From Candidatus Thorarchaeota archaeon (GTDB taxonomy: Archaea; Asgardarchaeota; Thorarchaeia; Thorarchaeales; Thorarchaeaceae): DNA of 64,000 bases. Where the stretch lies: contig JAWOEX010000032.1 in the NCBI GenBank assembly GCA_046482545.1, forward strand, positions 160,001-224,000, written 5' to 3'. The notes beneath the pieces are model-generated. The model did not search any database. It worked only from the letters and a program-made list of their open reading frames with translations, and had not been told where the DNA came from. Both the position numbers and the translations under genes were made by a program. Below, piece by piece: positions 58,128 through 64,000 of the stretch. How positions within the stretch are numbered: position 1 is the first letter of the stretch; each line of letters begins with the position of its first letter.

Positions 58128-59594
58128 TTAATTCCCACTCCATTTTTCTCCCCATTCAGTTATGACCTCCATGGTCAACACCAAGGCTCTAACTGCCAAT
58201 CTCATCCGGTCTTCAATTAAACTCCCTTCAGAATCCAAGTTCTCTTGACCCATTACAATGAAAACATTACCATCATAACATAAGGGGGGTCTGATTCCTG
58301 TGTGTGGCATCCCGACTTGTATCAGATTCGTGCTAGCGTACATGTCCTCAATGCTGAAAATTGGGATACCAAACTCATCCTCGGTCCAAGTCTTGATGTA
58401 ATTGACTTCTACTGCAGCCCCATTCTTTGATTTTGTTATCTCAAACCCATTTTCTGGCAAAACTTCAGAACGTGTGAATTCTTCCTTTACTATGTCATAT
58501 GCCCGATCTACATTGTCAAGTATACGACCGGGGTGCTCCTTGAGCCTTTTCAACGCAGCAATAGTACCAACAAGAGCTTCTTTTCCAGGGTCGAAAGTGA
58601 CATATGCTGCCTTACCAAAAGTGGAAGTTGTTCCTGCTCTTGCACCATGTACGCCCATTGCTCTCCTTATAGGAAGCATAGCATCTTCCTTTCCAAGAAC
58701 AAGTCCGCAAGTAGGACCTTGTGCAGCCTTGTCCATACTATACATCATTACGTCTGCGAAATTCTCCCTAGGGTCTGTACCGATGAATGGCAAACCTCTT
58801 GCATTATCGCATATATACGGCACATTGTATTCTTGTGCAAGTTTTCCTATTTGCTTCTGTAACTCTGGAGTTCCATTTTCGTCTTTCACACCGTATCCGT
58901 ATCCGTGGGTATCATATCCAAGAGAGCTGAAGCCGGCCAGTTTCTCACGATGTCTTTCTGCTACTTCTGTAATTGTATCAATAGAATCAGATGGATTCAC
59001 GTCAGTAAGCATAGGGATTGGGAAGTACTTTATCCCGTGAGATGGATACTCTGCCCCCTCAAGTGGGACAATAACTGTTTCGAGATTGTTTAGTCTCTTG
59101 CCCTGTAGACCGAGTTCTCCTGCCGTGACTCCTCTATCGGCTAGAAGGTCCTTATATTTCGGTGGGAAGGGCCTACCGTAACCACCATGATGATGCAGAT
59201 GTCTCTCATAGGGGGTGATATATGCGGCTTGATAGTTGTCACCTCTTCCTAACAATGGAGGTGAAATTAGGGAATCAAATGACACCCATAGAGCAGCTTC
59301 CGCTGTACTAACCACCGTGGCATCATATTGGTCCCCGTATACATCCTTGACCAAGGTCCTAACTTGATCAACCAGAGATGCATTTGATATCACTTCATGA
59401 CTTGCAGAATCCATAGATTCGGTTACTTCTTCAGGTATAGTAGGTGGTGTTCCTGAACCACCTCCAAGACCCAAATTACCCCTGAGATCTTCTGGGACTT
59501 CTAAGCCCTCTGCTTTTTGTCGAATATCACTAAAAATTTCATGAGTATTTTCCTTGAGTTTCTGATAAAGTCTAAATTTGTACTGTTTTTTCAT
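58128..59594 (-). CDS. Fold-type I PLP enzyme, SelA/DgaE-like
   Basis: ICDNARG, YSMDKAAQGPTCGLVLGK resembles SelA SGDKLLGGPQAG. Confidence 0.6.
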   Translation of the reverse strand: MKKQYKFRLYQKLKENTHEIFSDIRQKAEGLEVPEDLRGNLGLGGGSGTPPTIPEEVTESMDSASHEVISNASLVDQVRTLVKDVYGDQYDATVVSTAEAALWVSFDSLISPPLLGRGDNYQAAYITPYERHLHHHGGYGRPFPPKYKDLLADRGVTAGELGLQGKRLNNLETVIVPLEGAEYPSHGIKYFPIPMLTDVNPSDSIDTITEVAERHREKLAGFSSLGYDTHGYGYGVKDENGTPELQKQIGKLAQEYNVPYICDNARGLPFIGTDPRENFADVMMYSMDKAAQGPTCGLVLGKEDAMLPIRRAMGVHGARAGTTSTFGKAAYVTFDPGKEALVGTIAALKRLKEHPGRILDNVDRAYDIVKEEFTRSEVLPENGFEITKSKNGAAVEVNYIKTWTEDEFGIPIFSIEDMYASTNLIQVGMPHTGIRPPLCYDGNVFIVMGQENLDSEGSLIEDRMRLAVRALVLTMEVITEWGEKWSGN

Positions 59595-59682
59595 AACAGA
59601 ACCACATTTTTAATTCTCTGGCCCCTTCTACGAGGGCGACCTTTATATACCCTACGCTTATTAATAATAAAACTGACCGAAA

Positions 59683-60666
59683 ATGAAGCACATCTCTAAT
59701 TTTTCTGGAATATTAGAAAAAAGAGACTCTAAAATAATGGGTTGGCTTCCTGTATCGACTCGTTCTGACGGAAGCAGATTGGGAATTCCTGTCACTGTAA
59801 TTGCGGGGAAAAAACCCGGACCAACTTTGTTGATTGAATCTACTTGTCACGGGGATGAGACTGAGGGTTCACTGGCTGCAGTGGAGACTATTAGAGAGAT
59901 ATCCCCTGCTGAAGTAAGAGGAACGCTTGTAGTCGTGCCGGTTTTGAATGTAAGAGCATACGAGTCTGGTACCAGAGGAAATCCGGATGAACGATACAAC
60001 TATGACATGAATAGGTTATTTCCCGGAGATGCGAAAGGTTCAGTATCACAGAGATTCATTCATGCCTACGTCGAAGAGCTGCTAAGTAGGGTAGACTATG
60101 CTGTATCTTTGCATGGTGGGGGTAAATTGTTCTACCTAAGTAATCGGCTTATGGTCAGTACTGATCCCGGCTCAATAGAATTGGCGAAAGCTATCGGTCC
60201 AGAATGGCCGTTCCTACATGAGAGTGAGCATCCTGGAACTCTCATGACTGAATGTGCGAATCGAGATATTCCATGTGTTACAGCTGAGCTTGGTGGATCT
60301 AGTAATCGAATGCCTGATGCTATTATGAAAAATGTTGGTGCATTTAAAAAAGCGATAAGAAATGTAATGAAGCATCTAGAAATGCTAGACGGTGAGGCTC
60401 AATATGCTGAAGAATGGGGAATCCTCAAGGGAACCAACGTCCGGTGTACTTATGGCGGTTTGATGATACCAACGGAGAAATGTAGAATCAAGCAGGAGGT
60501 AAAAAAGGGAGATCATCTCGTCACCATAGTAGACCTGTTTGGCGAGGAACTGGATCGAATACGTGCTCCGCAAGATGGAATGGTTTTGGGCGTTCCAGTG
60601 CTGCCATTGGCGTATCCTGGCAATAATATTCTAACAATTGCCAAGGTTACCGAAACGATAAGGTGA
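59683..60666 (+). CDS. Succinylglutamate desuccinylase/aspartoacylase (M14-like) deacylase
   Basis: GPTLL, HGDE, DMNRLFPG, LHGG, AELGG, C-terminal barrel-sandwich. Confidence 0.9.
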   Translation: MKHISNFSGILEKRDSKIMGWLPVSTRSDGSRLGIPVTVIAGKKPGPTLLIESTCHGDETEGSLAAVETIREISPAEVRGTLVVVPVLNVRAYESGTRGNPDERYNYDMNRLFPGDAKGSVSQRFIHAYVEELLSRVDYAVSLHGGGKLFYLSNRLMVSTDPGSIELAKAIGPEWPFLHESEHPGTLMTECANRDIPCVTAELGGSSNRMPDAIMKNVGAFKKAIRNVMKHLEMLDGEAQYAEEWGILKGTNVRCTYGGLMIPTEKCRIKQEVKKGDHLVTIVDLFGEELDRIRAPQDGMVLGVPVLPLAYPGNNILTIAKVTETIR

Positions 60667-60688
60667 GTTTCAGCTGAGGCGCGAGACT

Positions 60689-61546
60689 ATGAAGCTTCAG
60701 ATAACACTTACAGTACCAGAGGCAAAACAAATAATCGCCAAAGCGATTGCAGAAAGAGCGGATGTAAAGAACGCTTTGAACAACGGACAGGTTCTGCTTA
60801 AGGGGGGGACAACTGTTTCAGCCATTTCAGAAGAACTCGTAGGCGAGAAGTTGAGAATTGGGGGAAGAATCACTTCAAACGGTACCAAGAATGCTCTTGA
60901 GAAGCATAATCAATCCCATTCTTTACTCATATCTCAAGGTAAAGTAAGGAATGCGGATAACAAGATTGAACAGATTACCGGTGATATGCAGAGGAGCGAC
61001 GTAATCATTACTAGCGCAAACGCTCTAGATGCTGACGGAAACGCAGCAATGATGGCTGCAGCCCCTCTCGGACACAAGGCTGGAAAGGCCATCTCGGGAT
61101 TTGCCAGTCAAGGATGCAAGGTTATTGTAGCCGTGGGATTAGAGAAACTGATTCCTGGCAGTATACGACAGGCTGTACTTTCTGCCGGCCGAGAATCCAT
61201 CGACAAGGCTCTGGGCTCTGCGGTTGGCCTAATTCCAATAATCGGCGAAGTATTTACCGAAAAAGAAGCGGTTATGAGTCTGGCAGATGTAAAAGCCACC
61301 GTCATATCGTCGGGAGGGATATACGGCGCAGAGGGCGCTACTACAATGGTAGTGAGTGGCCAGAAAGAGGATGTTGAAACAATCTATCAACTTGTTTTAG
61401 AAATCAAAGGTACCGAGACGAGCGGCACTCCAGAAAGTTTGATTGAATGTAGAAGAGGTTGCCCTCAATGCAAGAGACACTTGGCATGTGTATACAAGCT
61501 TGGTTATCTGGAAGAAGATGAAATCGGAGATAGATACGAGACATAG
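60689..61546 (+). CDS. Hypothetical protein with C-terminal Cys cluster
   Basis: KGGTT, VGLEKLIP, GGIYGAEGA; CRRGCPQCKRHLAC. Confidence 0.7.
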   Translation: MKLQITLTVPEAKQIIAKAIAERADVKNALNNGQVLLKGGTTVSAISEELVGEKLRIGGRITSNGTKNALEKHNQSHSLLISQGKVRNADNKIEQITGDMQRSDVIITSANALDADGNAAMMAAAPLGHKAGKAISGFASQGCKVIVAVGLEKLIPGSIRQAVLSAGRESIDKALGSAVGLIPIIGEVFTEKEAVMSLADVKATVISSGGIYGAEGATTMVVSGQKEDVETIYQLVLEIKGTETSGTPESLIECRRGCPQCKRHLACVYKLGYLEEDEIGDRYET

Positions 61547-61590
61547 CTGATAATCAGCAAGGAGAAAACAAAACGAAAGGAGTCAAGAAT

Positions 61591-61920
61591 ATGAGTAAAG
61601 AATTCGAAACACCATTTGAAACGTTTGATATTATAGCTGAAGTGAAATCTGTTCAAGGACTTGAAGGCGGAGATACTGGCGGAAAGGGCCCTTGCAGATA
61701 CTATGAACCCGGAGATAAGATTGTCTTCAGGGAAGGGCGCATTGAAGGAACGATTTGCTATAGCGCTTTAGCCTCGATGATGTACAAGATTCTCGCGATG
61801 CGTCTAGGGTTCACATACCCTTGGGCCAAGGATGGTGTTGTTGAACACGCGTGTCCTGATGCAGCCCGACCGGTGGTATTCAAGGTGTATAGGGCTGAGG
61901 GAGAATCAGGTGACAGTTGA
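61591..61920 (+). CDS. TIGR04076-like small Cys protein
   Basis: GPC..YEPGD, ICYSAL, CPD..PVVF motifs. Confidence 0.7.
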   Translation: MSKEFETPFETFDIIAEVKSVQGLEGGDTGGKGPCRYYEPGDKIVFREGRIEGTICYSALASMMYKILAMRLGFTYPWAKDGVVEHACPDAARPVVFKVYRAEGESGDS

Positions 61921-61957
61921 AATTAAAATCGATATATAGAATAGGTGGTCTATTGAA

Positions 61958-63319
61958 TTGTCAACTGCAAGTCAAAAACTGGCGAAATGGGTTTCTGAGC
62001 TGGAGTACAAGAACATTCCAAAAGAGATTATCAAATCTGCCAAAAACGATGTCCTAGACATGTTTGGTTGTGGACTTTTTGGGTCTACAAAGCCATGGGT
62101 AAAAGTGTCTACTGACCTAGTGAAAGAATGGGGTGGAAAAGACGAAGCAACACTCTGGGGGCACGATGTAATGGTGCCATGCGTTAACGCTGTCTTGGCA
62201 AATGCTCACGCTATCAACGCCTTTGAGTTTGACGACACCTATTTTCCGTGGGGAATTCATCCTGGAGCGTTAGTTGTAACATCAGCGCTGGCTGCGGCGG
62301 AGATGGCGGGTGAGATTACAGGAAAGAAGTTTGTAGAAGCTGTTGTAGCGGGGCATGAGGTTTCTGCACGGGTTAGATGTGGACTGGGCTGGTCTGTCCT
62401 TCATGGACGCAATAGTACAGCCTTGTGTTCAACATTTGGGGCAGCAGCAGCTTCAGGTAAGATCCTGAACCTTGACGAATCTGAGATAACGAACGCGTTC
62501 GGCATTTGTGGACCCTATGTTGGTGGATTGCTTACATATGGTTTCAAAGCAATGGCCAAACGGATTGTAAATGGTAGGTCGGCACAAGGAGGAATTATGG
62601 CTGCATTACTGGCTCGTAATGGTTTTACAGGCTACCAAGACATTCTAGAATCAGAACAGGGCGGATTCTGTGAATCCCATTCATCGGATCCAGATATTGA
62701 AAGGATAACACAAGGTCTTGGTAACAAGTTCGAAATGACCAAACTTGCTTTGAAGAAATATCCCACATGTACAAGTTTCCACGCAGCGCTTGATGCGTTG
62801 TCTGAAATTGTAGATGAAAACGATTTGGATACAGATGGAATCGAGAAAGTAATAATCAGAACAACTCGTGGAGCGCTGAAGAACAATGTTGGCACAGATT
62901 ATGATAACATCTCATCAGCTCAAATGAGCATGGAGTACTCTGTTGCAGCCAAAATAGTGGATGGCGAGGTTGGCATAAATCAGTTTACTCCAGCAAGAAT
63001 CGAGGACCTAACACTAAGAGAGATGGCTGGAAAAGTGGAGACTGTAATTGACCCTGAGCTGGATGCACTTGGCTTGGATCACCGTTTTGCTGCTCAAGCA
63101 ATAGTCTTGCTCGATGACAAGACTCGATTTGAAAGTGACTATGTACACAACCCCAAGAGAATGACGACAGACGGTGTAGAAAGTAAGTTTATCACATTAG
63201 CTAATACGGCTGTAAATGAAGAGCAAGGAAGAGAAATAGTAGAATCTGTTAATAGCATCGAGAAGATGCGTGATGTTTCTAATCTTGCAGATTTACTTAC
63301 ATTCCGAGCTGAAGAATAA
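61958..63319 (+). CDS. MmgE/PrpD family protein
   Basis: EFDDT, IHPG, GHEV, GFTG..ILE, KKYPTC. Confidence 0.92.
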   Translation: MSTASQKLAKWVSELEYKNIPKEIIKSAKNDVLDMFGCGLFGSTKPWVKVSTDLVKEWGGKDEATLWGHDVMVPCVNAVLANAHAINAFEFDDTYFPWGIHPGALVVTSALAAAEMAGEITGKKFVEAVVAGHEVSARVRCGLGWSVLHGRNSTALCSTFGAAAASGKILNLDESEITNAFGICGPYVGGLLTYGFKAMAKRIVNGRSAQGGIMAALLARNGFTGYQDILESEQGGFCESHSSDPDIERITQGLGNKFEMTKLALKKYPTCTSFHAALDALSEIVDENDLDTDGIEKVIIRTTRGALKNNVGTDYDNISSAQMSMEYSVAAKIVDGEVGINQFTPARIEDLTLREMAGKVETVIDPELDALGLDHRFAAQAIVLLDDKTRFESDYVHNPKRMTTDGVESKFITLANTAVNEEQGREIVESVNSIEKMRDVSNLADLLTFRAEE

Positions 63320-63348
63320 TGAAGATTTTTGAATATGCGGATTAGGTG

Positions 63349-64000
63349 ATGACTTTGAAGAAAGAAGATATCAATAATGCGGGTTCAGGTAAACATGGTG
63401 ATTATGTAGTGCTAGCTCATACAGACTACTTGATTGACGTAGCTGAGAGACGCAGTAGGGGCGAGACGGAGGTTATGAAAAGACGCCACCTCCCCACCTT
63501 GAGAGCCGGAGGAGTCGATCTAATATGCGATCACGTTGGTGGAGACACAAGGATGTTTTCCACTTTCCCGCTTAGCAGGTTGGCCAAGGATACCGACAAG
63601 CTGGGTACTGCTCTAAATGGTGTCGACTGCATGTTAGAGGAAACCAAAGAAAGTAGTGACAATTTGATGATTGTCAGAACGATTGATGAAGCTGAACAAG
63701 CAAAATCTACAGATAAGCTTGGAATAATCCTTTGTCTTCAAGGTGGAGGTCCAATCAGGCAAGACCTTGGTCTGCTTAGGGTGTTCTATCGACTAGGTAT
63801 CAGATGCATCCATCTCACGGCGAATGTTAGAAACCAGTTATCTGATAGTTGCATGGATAGAGACCCGGGCGGACTCACCCAATTTGGGCTAGAAGTGGTC
63901 AGAGAGATGAATAGGCTTGGAATCGTTATTGACGTTGCTCAACTGTCGCCGAAGGGTTGTCATGATGTCCTTGAGGAATCAACAGATCCCATAATCGCGT
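63349..64000 (+). CDS. Membrane dipeptidase (M19) family protein, truncated by the window end; absent from ORF track
   Basis: Translates to ..AHTD..LRAGGVD..LCLQGG..FYRLGIR..GLTQFGLEVVREMNRLGIVIDVAQL; AGGTGA RBS suggests TTG 63355 as an alternative start. Confidence 0.88.
   Translation, partial: MTLKKEDINNAGSGKHGDYVVLAHTDYLIDVAERRSRGETEVMKRRHLPTLRAGGVDLICDHVGGDTRMFSTFPLSRLAKDTDKLGTALNGVDCMLEETKESSDNLMIVRTIDEAEQAKSTDKLGIILCLQGGGPIRQDLGLLRVFYRLGIRCIHLTANVRNQLSDSCMDRDPGGLTQFGLEVVREMNRLGIVIDVAQLSPKGCHDVLEESTDPIIA

Noticed and set aside
58128-59594. True selenocysteine synthase selA
   Set aside because: Only the PLP-lysine region resembles SelA; context is catabolic and archaea use PSTK/SepSecS

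Overview
Archaeal chromosomal window, most likely an Asgard archaeon (Thorarchaeota-like). This is inferred from longin-domain proteins, a longin-small GTPase fusion, GGTGA-type RBSs and BRE/TATA promoters. 1-24.8 kb holds metabolic and housekeeping genes (penicillin acylase, UvrD, VapBC, acyl-CoA/pyruvate carboxyltransferases, biotin carrier, thiolase). 25-37.3 kb is a co-oriented cluster of a 2403-aa surface protein, longin/wHTH protein, longin-GTPase and coiled-coil proteins, lying between a thiolase and its usual DUF35 partner. 42.9-51.2 kb carries four related pieces of an unannotated non-coding element: one ~560-bp GC-rich, highly base-paired copy, one internally deleted copy, one inverted 5'-truncated copy and one solo left-end module. 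This is the main unexplained signal. 51.2-64 kb is an island-like catabolic cluster (2 MFS, M20, cupin, M24, CysK-like, SelA-like, AstE-like, MmgE/PrpD, M19), in which several hydrolases have non-canonical active-site residues. No rRNA, tRNA, CRISPR array, transposase or integrase was recognised. All calls come from motif recognition by eye; no searches were run.
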